A stretch of DNA of 64,000 nucleotides from an uncultured Eubacteriales bacterium (GCA_902776285.1 CACYPK010000005.1:15405-79404), one strand, 5' to 3'. Numbered from the stretch's first letter, positions 48,269 through 59,060 are shown. The notes: generated by a model from the sequence alone, not told the origin. Numbers and translations are program-made.

Positions 48269-49080
48269 TCCTGCAGGACTCTCTTTTTGTTCAGTCCCTT
48301 GTTCTTCTCGTGCAGCATCTGCAGGCCGTCAAGTGTGAGCCTCCTGTCGATCACATCGATGCAGTCGACACCGCTCTCCACCATCGTGGCCATACCGCCT
48401 GTAGCTATGACCTTGATGCTGCCGGGATCGCAGCCCAGTTCCTCGGCCATCTCCTGTTTCATGCACTTTACCATGTGCTCCGTAAAGCCCATGTGACCGT
48501 AGATGAGACCGGACTGCATGCCTTCGGATGTGTTGCGTGCGATGAATCTGCCCGGGATCTCAAGGTCGACGTTAGGCAGCTTTGCAGTGTGCTCAAATAG
48601 CGCCGCCGCCTGAGTCTTCATTCCCGGAGCGATAGCTCCGCCCAGGAATGTCCCGTCAGCCGATACGCAGTCGAACGTTGTAGCCGTGCCGAAGTCTATC
48701 ACTATGAGGTTCCCGCCGTATCTCTCGTGTGCCGCGACCGAGTTTACCAGACGGTCGGCTCCCAGCGCGCGCGGATTCTCATATCTGATCTTGATGCCCG
48801 TCTTGATGCCCTGCTCCACAACAATAGGATTCTTGTCGTAAAACTTGAGACTCATGTGCTCGAGTGTGAACAGCAGTGACGGTACTACCGACGCGATGAT
48901 TATGTCATCTATGTCCTTTTCAGTGATGTCGATACGCCTGAACATCGAGCCGAGTATGGTGCCGTACTCATCCGCTGAACGTCTGTTATCAGTGGCAAGT
49001 CTCCAGCTCTCCACCAGTTTGGAATCCTCAAAAACTCCGACGACGATATTCGTGTTGCCGACGTCTATAGCAAGCAGCAT
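48265..49080 (-). CDS. coaX: Type III pantothenate kinase
   Basis: MLLAIDVGNTNIVVGVF...IDFGTATTFD...ATGG. Confidence 0.92.
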   Translation of the reverse strand: MLLAIDVGNTNIVVGVFEDSKLVESWRLATDNRRSADEYGTILGSMFRRIDITEKDIDDIIIASVVPSLLFTLEHMSLKFYDKNPIVVEQGIKTGIKIRYENPRALGADRLVNSVAAHERYGGNLIVIDFGTATTFDCVSADGTFLGGAIAPGMKTQAAALFEHTAKLPNVDLEIPGRFIARNTSEGMQSGLIYGHMGFTEHMVKCMKQEMAEELGCDPGSIKVIATGGMATMVESGVDCIDVIDRRLTLDGLQMLHEKNKGLNKKRVLQD

Positions 49081-49081
49081 A

Positions 49082-50659
49082 TCAATCCTCCTCCAGTCTC
49101 TTGAGCGCGAGCGCGAGAGTCAGTCCCGGTATAACGCGGTTTGCCGTCATCTCGGCGCCGAGTATTTCGTTGGCCTTCTTGAGCCTGTACTGTACGGTGT
49201 TGTTGTGAATATCCATAAATTCTGCCGTTCTGCCCGAATTCATGCCCGCGTCGAGCACGAATGTCGAAAGAGTATCGATCAGCATCCTGCCCTTGTTCTG
49301 CGTTACCTCGCGTTCAAAAGGCTCCAGCAGGTCAAGATACATCTTGCGCTGCATCTGGGATCCGCTCTGCATGTAAACGCAGTCACTCACCATCGATATC
49401 TCGTATTTGGAGAACACTCTCTTGAACGGGAAGACCTTCTCCATGTATCTCGCGGTCTTGTTGATCATCTTGAAGCCGTCCACGCAGCTTTCGAGCCTCT
49501 CAAGGCCGGTCACGTGGAATACCCTCTCATCCTTTTTGACGGACTTGAGCTTATCGAACATCTCCAGGCAGGCATTCTTCACTTCTATGCCTCTCTCCTG
49601 ACCGCTGTCCGTATATACGATGCCGTAGATCTCGTCCGATTCCATAGTAGTGAGAAGGCCGAAACCCGTTTTTTTCTTGTATTCAGCAATCAGGTCAAGG
49701 AAGGCGGTAGCGTCCTCGCCCGCGTTCTTGATATAGAAAGCGCTGGTAAACTGCTTGCCGCGCAGTCCGGATTCGTCGAGCAGCGTGTGGCAGAACGAGA
49801 TGTCGCCGCGCACCGCAGACTTGATGAATTCAGCTCTCGAATCCCTGTCCGGTGTGTATTTCCACATTCCGATCGCCAGTTCTATCGATCTGGCAAGCTT
49901 TGTCATCTCAGCAGCCGAGTAATCATCTTCGTTATCGACTATGACGAGTATGTACCTGCTGTCCTTTATGTTGATGTAGCCCCAGTACGTGACCACTCCC
50001 TCGATATCGACGCGCGTGAAGCCCGTCATCGAGAAAGCGTCAAGCTTGCGGGCGGCATGCACCGCGTCCTCTATCTTGACCACATGCCTGGTCTCGACGG
50101 TGAGTATCGTGTTGAACTCCTCCGTCATCAGCACCACCTGGTAATTGTTCTGGAGCGCCGCTTCTCTGAGAGCCTCCGGGAAGCTGCTGTATTTCTCAAA
50201 ATTGAGCAGGTGGAACATCGTGTTATTTAGGATGTTTTCGGAATAATTCTCGCCGTAGAGTATCTTGTCCATCACCTGCTCTATGAGCATGCTGTACGTG
50301 ATGGAGCCGTTATCTTCTATCGTAATGATAGGCAGTTTCACTTCTTCAGCGGCTTTTACTACTTCTTCAGCGACAGTCGTCAGACCGCTTTCGTTGAGGT
50401 AAATGACAAGAGCGCTTATACCCTTCTTACCAAGACCTATAACAGCCGTCTTCTGAGCCTCTATGTCATCCTTGCAGGACCACATGTGCGTTATGACCAT
50501 CTGCTCTTCTACGCCATTGCGCTCGACTCCCATTTCGATGTCGAATTCATCCAGAACGGAAACCGATCTTACGCGCCTGTCCAGTTCGTCCGCGCATGCT
50601 ACTACGCGGCTGAATCTGAACGAGTCCAGTTTGAGGCAGTCATTTAAACATATCTTCAT
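49082..50659 (-). CDS. PucR-family transcriptional regulator
   Basis: 525 aa. It has an N-terminal PucR-like (purine catabolism regulator) region and a C-terminal HTH (SGRTAEFMDIHNNTVQYRLKKANEILG). Confidence 0.75.
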   Translation of the reverse strand: MKICLNDCLKLDSFRFSRVVACADELDRRVRSVSVLDEFDIEMGVERNGVEEQMVITHMWSCKDDIEAQKTAVIGLGKKGISALVIYLNESGLTTVAEEVVKAAEEVKLPIITIEDNGSITYSMLIEQVMDKILYGENYSENILNNTMFHLLNFEKYSSFPEALREAALQNNYQVVLMTEEFNTILTVETRHVVKIEDAVHAARKLDAFSMTGFTRVDIEGVVTYWGYINIKDSRYILVIVDNEDDYSAAEMTKLARSIELAIGMWKYTPDRDSRAEFIKSAVRGDISFCHTLLDESGLRGKQFTSAFYIKNAGEDATAFLDLIAEYKKKTGFGLLTTMESDEIYGIVYTDSGQERGIEVKNACLEMFDKLKSVKKDERVFHVTGLERLESCVDGFKMINKTARYMEKVFPFKRVFSKYEISMVSDCVYMQSGSQMQRKMYLDLLEPFEREVTQNKGRMLIDTLSTFVLDAGMNSGRTAEFMDIHNNTVQYRLKKANEILGAEMTANRVIPGLTLALALKRLEED

Positions 50660-50687
50660 ATCAGTTCATCTCCGTGTTTTGCGGGGA

Positions 50688-52715
50688 TCACTCGTGATCC
50701 TTATCATCGCTGTCGAAGCTTACCACTTCGCGGTCGTCCTTCTTATCTGCGGCAGCATTGAGCTTTTCGAGTTCCTCTTTCATCTTTCTTCTCTGCTCTT
50801 CCTGCTGTTCCAGAGCGATGCGCCTGGCCTCTTCAGCCTCTTTCTTGTTGCGGCGCTCTATCTCCTTAGCCTCGTTCTCGATCTCTTTCCTGATGCTTTC
50901 AGGATCGGCCTCGCCCGTGAAGAGTCTCTCGAACTGGTCGCCGTCCAGGGTCTCAACAAGCAGCAGCGCCTGCGCGACTCTTTCGAATGCCGCGTCGTTT
51001 TCCTTGAGAAGTTCTCTGGTCTCCGCGTAGCACTTCTCCAGCAGCGTTCTTATCTCGTGGTCGACCTCGGACGCTACTTCTTCGGAGTAGTTCTGGCGAG
51101 TCGAGAAATCCCTGCCCAGGAACACCTCGTCACTCGTGCTGAACGACACAGGTCCGAGCTTTTCGCTGAAGCCGTACTTTGTGATCATCTGTCTCGCGAT
51201 CTCAGTCGCGCGCTCAAGGTCGTTGCTCGCGCCGGTCGATATGTCATCCAGCTTGAGTTCCTCGGCGACACGTCCGCCAAGCAGGTGCTTGATGTTATTT
51301 ATCATGTGACCCTTGGTCTCGAAGAACCTGTCTTCTTCAGGCAGCCACATCGTGAAGCCGCCGGCCATGCCCCTCGGGATGATCGTTATCTGGTGAACAG
51401 GATCGGAACCCGGAGTCGCTCTCATGACGATCGCGTGACCTGCCTCGTGATAAGCAGTCAGCTTCTTCTCGGCGTCGGAGATCACTCTGGACCTCTTCTG
51501 CGGTCCCGCCATCACCTTTGTGGTGGCTTCCTCGATCTCATCCATCCTTATCTTTGTGCCGTTGCGTCTTGCAGTAAGGAGAGCCGCCTCGTTGATGAGA
51601 TTCTCGATATCTGCCGGCGAGAAGCCCGGAGTCCTCTTGGCGAGGATCTCAGGGGAAACATCTTCGTCGAGCGGTTTATTCTTTGTATACAGTCTGAATA
51701 TCTCTTCCCTTGCCTTGACATCAGGCATGCCGATGACGACCTGTCTGTCGAATCTGCCAGGTCTTAAGAGCGCCGGGTCGAGTACGTCAGGTCTGTTGGT
51801 CGCGGCCAGGATGATGATGCCCAGATTGCCGTCGAATCCGTCCATCTCTACGAGCAGCTGGTTGAGCGTCTGCTCTCTTTCGTCGTTGCCGCCACCGAGG
51901 CCCGCGCCCCTGCGTCTTCCGACCGCGTCGATCTCATCGATAAACACGATGCACGGAGCGTTCTTCTTTGCCTCGTTAAAGAGGTCTCTGACTCTGGAAG
52001 CTCCGACACCGACGAACATCTCCACGAAGTCGGAACCCGAGATCGTAAAGAACGGGACGCCCGCTTCACCTGCGCACGCGCGCGAAATATATGTCTTTCC
52101 TGTACCCGGCTGGCCTACCAGCAGCACGCCCTTAGGGATGCGCGCGCCGAGTTTGGTGTACTTCGCAGGGTTTTTAAGGAAATCGACTATCTCCGAAAGC
52201 TCGACTTTTTCTTCTTCGAGCCCTGCTACGTCCTTGAACGTGATCGACTTGGCGTCGCTCTTGTAAAGCCGCGCGCGGTTCTTGCCGAACTGGAATGCCT
52301 GCTTATTGCCTCCCTGACTCATCATGAAATAGAACAGGAAGCCCATCGCCGCTATCATGAGCAGCGTAGGCAGGATGTTGAGCAGTGTGTACTCGCTCTT
52401 TGGCGGGTCGCTGTCGAGTTCGATCTTACCTTCCTCTAACATCGGGTTGATCACTCTTTCTTCAAGATAGCTGATCTCCACCAGAGACGGCGAGTATGTC
52501 ACTTCCTTCGTTCCGTCTTTCTTTGTGCCTGTCAGCCTTCTGTCGGTGATGTTTATGCTCTCGAAATCGCCCTTCTCAAGATGAGTGGAGAACTGCGAGA
52601 ACTTTACTTCCTTGACATCCGTGTTGCCGGCAAGGCCCCTCACCATCATTGACAGGCTGAGCACTACCACAAAGATTATCAGGTATGTTCCTATGCTTCG
52701 TCCGATATTCTTCAA
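50688..52715 (-). CDS. ftsH: ATP-dependent zinc metalloprotease FtsH
   Basis: The AAA Walker A GQPGTGKT, the SRH region and the zinc motif HEAGHA are present. The start is TTG with AAAGGAAAA upstream. Confidence 0.97.
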   Translation of the reverse strand: MKNIGRSIGTYLIIFVVVLSLSMMVRGLAGNTDVKEVKFSQFSTHLEKGDFESINITDRRLTGTKKDGTKEVTYSPSLVEISYLEERVINPMLEEGKIELDSDPPKSEYTLLNILPTLLMIAAMGFLFYFMMSQGGNKQAFQFGKNRARLYKSDAKSITFKDVAGLEEEKVELSEIVDFLKNPAKYTKLGARIPKGVLLVGQPGTGKTYISRACAGEAGVPFFTISGSDFVEMFVGVGASRVRDLFNEAKKNAPCIVFIDEIDAVGRRRGAGLGGGNDEREQTLNQLLVEMDGFDGNLGIIILAATNRPDVLDPALLRPGRFDRQVVIGMPDVKAREEIFRLYTKNKPLDEDVSPEILAKRTPGFSPADIENLINEAALLTARRNGTKIRMDEIEEATTKVMAGPQKRSRVISDAEKKLTAYHEAGHAIVMRATPGSDPVHQITIIPRGMAGGFTMWLPEEDRFFETKGHMINNIKHLLGGRVAEELKLDDISTGASNDLERATEIARQMITKYGFSEKLGPVSFSTSDEVFLGRDFSTRQNYSEEVASEVDHEIRTLLEKCYAETRELLKENDAAFERVAQALLLVETLDGDQFERLFTGEADPESIRKEIENEAKEIERRNKKEAEEARRIALEQQEEQRRKMKEELEKLNAAADKKDDREVVSFDSDDKDHE

Positions 52716-52790
52716 TTCTCATTTTCCTTTCTCTATCTAAAAAGCGGCACTAAAAAAGCCTCTTCTTTTGTGTCCCGAGCACAAATTTTA

Positions 52791-54218
52791 TCATATAGTC
52801 TCGTCCAATTCAATTAAAAGAACACGCTTCGTCGTGTCGCTTATATGAAATTTTGGTGAAAACCTTCCTTTTGTTCTCTCGCGTTCACCGGCAAAGTGTT
52901 CGCTCGGAAGTATCCACAGAACTTCGCTGTCTATGCACACCATCAGGATGCTGTCTCTGGCAGCTTTTCTGACCTTGGAATCCACCAGGAGATCCTGGAT
53001 CTTCTTGCTGCCCTTCTTCATCGGCAGGTAGTCGCCCTCGTGCCTTGTGCGAAGCTCAAGATCGCCCAGCCTGCCGGGATATTCCTCGCTGAACTTGTCA
53101 AAATCAAAGGCAGCATAAGGCAAGTCCTCGTCAGGCGAGAATTCCTTTACCGGCACCACCTGCGGGTAGATGCTTATGCTTTCATCAGGCAGTATTACCT
53201 CTTCGGCCGCCGAGAAAACTATCTTGTCATATTCACGGCGGGCTCTTATGCCGTAGGGCAGATCGATGCCGGCCGAAGGATGCTCGCTGTAAATGAGCCC
53301 CATTATCGCGGTCACGTTCTCGTAGGTCGCGCACGCCTCTAATCTCAGCAGGTCGAATATCATGCTGACCACGCGGCTGTTGATCGAAGGAGGATTGTCC
53401 TTCAGCTTGGTGATGTCGAGCACGGCTTCTTCCTTGTCGCTGTTGATGTCGACGCAGTCGATGTAGTCCGTAAGCGCAAGGTCTCTCAGAAGAGTATCGT
53501 CCATGTACGCGAGTCCGGCGTAGCGCCTCAGGTTGTCCTTTATTTTCGGATTGTAGTTCTTCTCCAGATAAGGGATGAGCTCGTTACGTATCTTGTTGCG
53601 CGTATATGTGTTTTCATCGTTTGATTTGTCGATGTTAGGTTTCAGCCTGTTCTCCTTTATGTAAGCCTCGATATCCTTGCGCTCTACGTTTAGGAGCGGG
53701 CGCACTATAAGATAGCCTCCTTCGGAGGCCCTGACCGCGGGGATACCGGCGAGCCCATGCGGACCCGTGCCTCTTATAAGTCTGAAGAGGATCGTCTCCG
53801 CCTGGTCGTCCGCGTTGTGAGCGACCGTGATGACGATCTTATCGGAAGGCACGCCGCCTTCCTCGAGTTCGGCCGCCACCTCATCGAATATCTGGTATCT
53901 GATCTCACGCCCGGCTTCCTCAAGGGACACTCCGAGCTCTCCGGCGAGATCGGTGCATGACGCTTCGTACACACGTAGGTCTACGTCCAGGCGCTCGCAT
54001 ATGTCAGCCAGATGGTCCGCCTCGTCGTAAGCCTCAGGCCTTATCATGTGATTCACGTGCACAGGTACCAGGAGCAGATCGTACATATCGGCGATGCTCA
54101 CCAGCGCGTGAAGCAGGCACAACGAATCCGGCCCGCCGGAAACGCCGATTATCACGGCGGAGCCGGGCGCGATGAGGCCGTTGTCGATTATGGTGTCAAT
54201 GATGTAGTTTCTTTTCAT
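52791..54218 (-). CDS. tilS: tRNA(Ile)-lysidine synthetase
   Basis: PP-loop GVSGGPDSLCLLHAL and a TilS C-terminal domain. Confidence 0.92.
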   Translation of the reverse strand: MKRNYIIDTIIDNGLIAPGSAVIIGVSGGPDSLCLLHALVSIADMYDLLLVPVHVNHMIRPEAYDEADHLADICERLDVDLRVYEASCTDLAGELGVSLEEAGREIRYQIFDEVAAELEEGGVPSDKIVITVAHNADDQAETILFRLIRGTGPHGLAGIPAVRASEGGYLIVRPLLNVERKDIEAYIKENRLKPNIDKSNDENTYTRNKIRNELIPYLEKNYNPKIKDNLRRYAGLAYMDDTLLRDLALTDYIDCVDINSDKEEAVLDITKLKDNPPSINSRVVSMIFDLLRLEACATYENVTAIMGLIYSEHPSAGIDLPYGIRARREYDKIVFSAAEEVILPDESISIYPQVVPVKEFSPDEDLPYAAFDFDKFSEEYPGRLGDLELRTRHEGDYLPMKKGSKKIQDLLVDSKVRKAARDSILMVCIDSEVLWILPSEHFAGERERTKGRFSPKFHISDTTKRVLLIELDETI

Positions 54219-54262
54219 GTTTTCTTTGCTGCGCCGCGTCTTGCCGCGCGCGGCGCTATAAA

Positions 54263-55141
54263 TCAGATCCCGAAGAATCTCTTTCCGTTTTCTGTCAATA
54301 TTCGCGCGGCCTCGTCATAGTCAATGCCCTTGAGGACCGCCATGCGCCGCACTATATGTTCTATGTAAGGCGACTTGTTCGGGCGGCCGCGCAGTGGTTC
54401 CGGTGCCATATAAGGCGCGTCGGTCTCGGACAGCAGATACTCTGCCGGCACCTGCCGTACTACCTCAGTCGCCTTTTTCCCGTTTTTGAAGGTGACCGGC
54501 CCGCCGAGCGAGATCGTGGCGCCAAGCTTTATATACTGCAGAGCGAGCTCGGGCGAGCCCGAAAAGCAGTGCATCTGGACTCGGGCGTCGGGCTCGCTCC
54601 CGCCGCCCGCGGCGGGACGGACCGGGAACCACGACTTGCGTTCCTCCGAAAAAGCCCCTTCCTCTTTCAGTATATCCATCGTCAGCTGATGCGCGTCTCT
54701 TGTATGTATCATTATAGGCATCTTAAGCTCATTCGCGAGCCTTATCTGCCTTCTGAAAAGCTCCTGCTGCTCTTCCCTGTCGTCCGTGCCGTAATAAAAA
54801 TCGAGTCCTATCTCTCCTATCGCCACAGCTTTCGGATGAGCGGCCAGCCTGCGTATCTCGTCCAGATCAGCTTCAAGGCGTTCTTCCGCCTTTCTGTGCT
54901 TTTCCGGATCATCACCGCAGATGCCTTCGTAATCGGACGCGTGATCGGGATGTATCCCGACAGCCGCGAAGCACCAAGGATAGTCATCGGAATCTCTGAG
55001 CGCCTGATCGGCCGAATCTACACAATCCGCCACGTCAATGATGAAGGCGACCTCAGACGCCTCTATCTCGGCCGCCAGAGATCGCCGCTCTTCATCAGTA
55101 TATTTCTCGAAATTCAGATGTGTGTGTGCGTCAAACAGCAT
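54263..55141 (-). CDS. tatD: TatD-family metal-dependent hydrolase
   Basis: MLFDAHTHLNF...GIHP...EIGLD...HTRDA...HCFSG. It carries an insertion of about 30 aa relative to typical TatD. Confidence 0.88.
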   Translation of the reverse strand: MLFDAHTHLNFEKYTDEERRSLAAEIEASEVAFIIDVADCVDSADQALRDSDDYPWCFAAVGIHPDHASDYEGICGDDPEKHRKAEERLEADLDEIRRLAAHPKAVAIGEIGLDFYYGTDDREEQQELFRRQIRLANELKMPIMIHTRDAHQLTMDILKEEGAFSEERKSWFPVRPAAGGGSEPDARVQMHCFSGSPELALQYIKLGATISLGGPVTFKNGKKATEVVRQVPAEYLLSETDAPYMAPEPLRGRPNKSPYIEHIVRRMAVLKGIDYDEAARILTENGKRFFGI

Positions 55142-56721
55142 TACTTAGCTCCGAGCGCGTACAGTTCCTCGAGCTCCTTGTCGATGTCGAGCCTCGGGAA
55201 GAGCATGTCGCCCTTTTCGACTTTGCAACCGTCCATCTTGTAGAACTCGAACGCGTCCTCCCATACCACCGGCACATCGGAGAGGCCCAACTGGGCTCTC
55301 ATACGGTCCGTGGTGGTGTGCATGTAAGGCTCTATCAGTATCGAGACTATCCTGAGCACCTCAGCGAGGTTCCTCATGACGGTGTCGAGTTCTGCCTTTT
55401 TGCTCTCGTCCTTGGCAAGGATCCAAGGAGTCTTCTCATCAATGTATTTATTGGCGCGTCTGATGAGGATCCATATCTCCTCGAGCGCCATGTTGAATTT
55501 GAACTCGTCCATGTTGGCGGCGACCTTGTCGGCAGCTGAAACAGCCATATTGATGAGTTCATCATCTATCGCGTCTTTTGTCGCGGCCGCAGGCACCTCG
55601 GCTCCGCAGTACTTGACTATCATGGATACAGTTCTGGAAAGCAGGTTTCCGAGGTCATTGGCGAGGTCGAAGTTCATGCGCCTCAGCATCACCTCGTTGG
55701 TAAAGCTTCCGTCCTGCCCGAATGTGTACTCACGCAGCAGGAAGTACTTGAGCGCGTCGATTCCGTAGCGGTCTATCAGCACTACAGGATCGATGACGTC
55801 TGCGCCCTTGGCGGCCTTGGACTTGCTTACCTTCTCTCCTCCGAGCAGCAGCCATCCGTGGCCTCTCACCTGTTTAGGCAGAGGCAGGTCAGCGCTCATC
55901 AGCATTGCCGGCCATATGATGGAGTGGAATCTCACGATCTCCTTTCCAACCAGGTGGACGTCCGCAGGCCAGTACTTGTCATACTTCGCGGGCTCATCCG
56001 GCCAGCCGAGAGCGGTGATATAGTTGGAGAGCGCATCGACCCATACGTACATGACGTGTTTAGGATCGTTAGGTACAGGGATGCCCCAGTCGAAGGTGCA
56101 TCTGGATACGCAAAGATCCTCGAGTCCCTGCTCTATGAAGCTTCTCATCTCGTTACTTCTGGTCTCAGGCTCCAGGAATTCCGGGTGCTCGTCGTAAAGC
56201 TGCAGTATCCTGTCCGCGTAGTTGGACAGCTTGAAGAAATACGCTTCTTCGCTTGCCTTCTCGACAGGCCTTCCGCAGTCAGGGCAGCAACCGTTCACCA
56301 GCTGCGACTCGGTCCAGAACGCCTCACACTCCTTGCAGTAGAGGCCCTCATATGCTCCCTTGTATATGTCGCCCTTATCGTACATCCTCTTCCAGATCTC
56401 CTGGACCCTCTTCATGTGCCTTTCCTCAGTAGTCCTGATGAAGTCATCATAAGAGATCTCCATGGTCGCCCACAGATCCTTGATGCCCGCGACGATTTCA
56501 TCGACGTACTCCTGAGGGGTCACGCCCTTTTCGATCGCTTTGGTCTGGATTTTCTGTCCGTGCTCGTCAGTGCCTGTGAGGAACATGACGTCATAGCCCT
56601 GCAGTCTCTTGAAGCGCGCCATGGCGTCCGCCATTACCGTACAGTATGTGTGTCCGATATGCAGGTTCGAACTCGGATAGTAGATCGGTGTCGAGATGTA
56701 ATAAGTTCCTTTGTTCTCCAT
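55141..56721 (-). CDS. metG: Methionine--tRNA ligase (short form, without the C-terminal EMAP/tRNA-binding domain)
   Basis: The HIGH-type motif PSSNLHIGH, the Zn knuckle CKECEAF...CPDCG and the KMSKS-type motif KVSKS are present. Confidence 0.95.
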   Translation of the reverse strand: MENKGTYYISTPIYYPSSNLHIGHTYCTVMADAMARFKRLQGYDVMFLTGTDEHGQKIQTKAIEKGVTPQEYVDEIVAGIKDLWATMEISYDDFIRTTEERHMKRVQEIWKRMYDKGDIYKGAYEGLYCKECEAFWTESQLVNGCCPDCGRPVEKASEEAYFFKLSNYADRILQLYDEHPEFLEPETRSNEMRSFIEQGLEDLCVSRCTFDWGIPVPNDPKHVMYVWVDALSNYITALGWPDEPAKYDKYWPADVHLVGKEIVRFHSIIWPAMLMSADLPLPKQVRGHGWLLLGGEKVSKSKAAKGADVIDPVVLIDRYGIDALKYFLLREYTFGQDGSFTNEVMLRRMNFDLANDLGNLLSRTVSMIVKYCGAEVPAAATKDAIDDELINMAVSAADKVAANMDEFKFNMALEEIWILIRRANKYIDEKTPWILAKDESKKAELDTVMRNLAEVLRIVSILIEPYMHTTTDRMRAQLGLSDVPVVWEDAFEFYKMDGCKVEKGDMLFPRLDIDKELEELYALGAK

Positions 56722-56753
56722 TGTCTTCCTTCTTTCCGCTCAAATGAGAGCTT

Positions 56754-56924
56754 CTAGTTTGTGCCGTATTCTCTCTCGTCAATGCTCCAGTCGCCGTTAT
56801 CGGAATCGCCTTCCGATACAAACGAGTCCACAAGGCGGGATGTCGCGATCGCGAGCGCCCAGATAGCCGCGCTTATTACCAGCGCTCCGAATACGGATAT
56901 CTCAATTGTACGTTTGTTTTTCAT
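56754..56924 (-). CDS. Small hypothetical membrane protein with an acidic tail
   Basis: 56 aa from ATG 56924 (AAAGGAG upstream). It has one TM segment (ISVFGALVISAAIWALAIA) followed by SEGDSDNGDWSIDEREY. Confidence 0.45.
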   Translation of the reverse strand: MKNKRTIEISVFGALVISAAIWALAIATSRLVDSFVSEGDSDNGDWSIDEREYGTN

Positions 56925-57057
56925 GTTTTTCTCCTTTTGCAGCTTTTTCTGCAAGTCAACATTATGATTATACCAAACGATTCAAGCGCTGTCATCGTTT
57001 ACCTTTTTCGGTTTTTCATTATAACATTGATAAGCCCGGATATGTTATTATTGGACC

Positions 57058-57495
57058 ATGAAAAAGCACAACAAAAGAAAACTGAAAAGAGGCGTTTACA
57101 CCGCCGCGCAGTGGACATGGGGACTTCCCCAGACTCTTGCGGGAGCCGCGCTTTACCTTGCTCACCGCAAGGACCGTCACTTCAACTATAACGGCGCCCG
57201 CGCAACTGTATGGGACAAGGATGCCGGGGTCTCATTGGGCAAATACATTTTTGTGCCGCGCGGCAAAAGCGACTCGGCGGATGAATTCCTGCTTGATCAT
57301 GAGTACGGTCACACGCTTCAGTCGCTCATACTCGGTCCGTTCTACCTGTTCTTTGTAGGAGCTCCCTCCCTGGTCTGGAACAGGCTGCCTTTCTTTAAGC
57401 GCAAAAGAATACAGAGCGGAAAGTCATATTATTCCGCTCCGTTTGAAAGTACCGCGAATCATCTCGCCGCAAAGGTCTCAAAGAAGACCCGCTGA
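57058..57495 (+). CDS. Hypothetical protein with an HExxH-like motif (DHEYGHT)
   Basis: 145-aa ORF with hydrophobic segments and LLDHEYGHTLQS. It has no obvious RBS. Confidence 0.45.
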   Translation: MKKHNKRKLKRGVYTAAQWTWGLPQTLAGAALYLAHRKDRHFNYNGARATVWDKDAGVSLGKYIFVPRGKSDSADEFLLDHEYGHTLQSLILGPFYLFFVGAPSLVWNRLPFFKRKRIQSGKSYYSAPFESTANHLAAKVSKKTR

Positions 57496-57510
57496 CAGCT
57501 TTCATTACGT

Positions 57511-58497
57511 TCACTTCCACTCAGTGCCCGCGCCTGCCGCGAGCGCTTTTTCATATATCATTTTTGCCGCAACAAGATCCTGCGACGCGACTCCGACGCT
57601 CTCAAACACGATTATCTCATCGTCGTTCTCGCGTCCCGCTATACGCCCGTCAATGACGTCGCCCAGGCTCCCCTGGATATCCTCGTCCCTGATAAGCCCC
57701 TCCGCCAGAGGGATCAGCAGGTCTCCCGATTCTGAAAGGACCGCGTCTTTATAGTCGCAGATGATCTTTGAAGCTCTCGGAAGCACTGCCGGGTCGAGTT
57801 CATGTTTTTCAGGCTCGTATGTGCCCACGCAGCTGATGGTGCAGCCCGACTTTATTTTTGTCCCGTCAAACACCGGGACTGTTGAAGTCGTAACAGTGAT
57901 CACAAGATCGGCATCCTCCACCGCCGCGTCAGCGCTTGGCGCAGGGAGTATCTCAGCCCCGTAATGGCCCAGTTCCTTCTGCATTCTTTTGCAGAACTCC
58001 TCACGCCTCTCAGCGTTTCTCGAATAGACCCACACCTTCTCCAGCTGCCTCACGCAAAGCATCGCTTCGAGCTGATCCGCGGCCTGTCCGCCCGTTCCTA
58101 TCAGCGCTCCGACCTTGCAGTCCTTCTTCGCGAGCACATCGATCGCCGCTCCCGATGCCGCACCGGTGCGGAGTTTGGTTACGGTCGTCCCGTCAAGCAA
58201 GGCTACTATATATCCGGTTTTTCCGTCCAGCAGCAGTACCTGCGCCGGGCACGCTTCAAGTCCAACCTCAGGATTGTGCGGGAACACGCTGATGATCTTT
58301 ACAGCCGCCGCGTCCTGAGAGGCCGCGTATGAAGGCATGAACAGGAATGTTCCCTCATATTCCGGCGCCTTGATGCCTGTTCTCAGAGGCACCTCTACCG
58401 TTCCGTCCGCTATCATGCGGAAGGCTGTCTTGTCCGCCTCCACGATGTCCCTCATCGTCACCACGCTTTTTATATCTTTTTCTGTGAGCAGCAGCAT
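57511..58497 (-). CDS. Ornithine cyclodeaminase / mu-crystallin family NAD(P)-dependent enzyme
   Basis: MLLLTEKDIKSVV...TKLRTGAASGAAIDVLA...IGTGGQA follows the OCD family pattern. The start is at ATG 58497 with AAGGAGG upstream. Confidence 0.85.
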   Translation of the reverse strand: MLLLTEKDIKSVVTMRDIVEADKTAFRMIADGTVEVPLRTGIKAPEYEGTFLFMPSYAASQDAAAVKIISVFPHNPEVGLEACPAQVLLLDGKTGYIVALLDGTTVTKLRTGAASGAAIDVLAKKDCKVGALIGTGGQAADQLEAMLCVRQLEKVWVYSRNAERREEFCKRMQKELGHYGAEILPAPSADAAVEDADLVITVTTSTVPVFDGTKIKSGCTISCVGTYEPEKHELDPAVLPRASKIICDYKDAVLSESGDLLIPLAEGLIRDEDIQGSLGDVIDGRIAGRENDDEIIVFESVGVASQDLVAAKMIYEKALAAGAGTEWK

Positions 58498-58534
58498 CTC
58501 CGATCCTCCTTTTAAATATATCAAACAGCAGCCA

Positions 58535-58879
58535 TTATTTCTTGCGTTCGTACTCCTTCAGCAAAGTGACAAAAGCGCTCAGGAAGTTGTCCTCGCCCCA
58601 GTGGTTTATCTTTACAAACATAGCGGTACTGCCGCCAAGAGATGTCGCGACGACTCTGACTCCCTCGCTGTATTCCAGCATCATCAGATTGAGGCTGACT
58701 CTGCTTTGTCCCAGGACGGAATACCGCTCCAGTCCCGCCACGTAATATCCAACTCCGTCGACCGTTCCTTCAGATTCTTCTTCAACCGTAATGGTCTCGC
58801 CGAGGCGGGTCCTGTTTTTGAGTATGTATTTCTTCAGTTCCTTTATATTTCCATGTACTGTTGCTTCGTATCTTGCCAT
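58535..58879 (-). CDS. DUF6054-like hypothetical protein
   Basis: 114 aa. The ...ERYSVLGQSRVSLNLMMLE...SLGGSTAMFVKINHWGEDNFL... pattern is what I recall for DUF6054. Confidence 0.55.
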   Translation of the reverse strand: MARYEATVHGNIKELKKYILKNRTRLGETITVEEESEGTVDGVGYYVAGLERYSVLGQSRVSLNLMMLEYSEGVRVVATSLGGSTAMFVKINHWGEDNFLSAFVTLLKEYERKK

Positions 58880-59022
58880 CTGCTGTCTCCATCTGTGACA
58901 AACACATTGTTTAACTAATAACCGGTAGTTTGGTAGTTTCCCGTCAAAATACCCTTTCTTATTATAGCACTGTTTTCAACTCAAAAAAGGACGTAAGATC
59001 ATGTCATTCTTATGCTGAATAT

Positions 59023-59060
59023 ACAAAACCACCGGAAGTCAATTGACGTCCGGTGATTTT
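59023..59060. terminator. Intrinsic terminator after the 2-oxoacid oxidoreductase operon
   Basis: CACCGGAAGTC-AATT-GACGTCCGGTG (59030-59055), a near-perfect palindrome with U-tracts possible on both strands. Confidence 0.8.
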
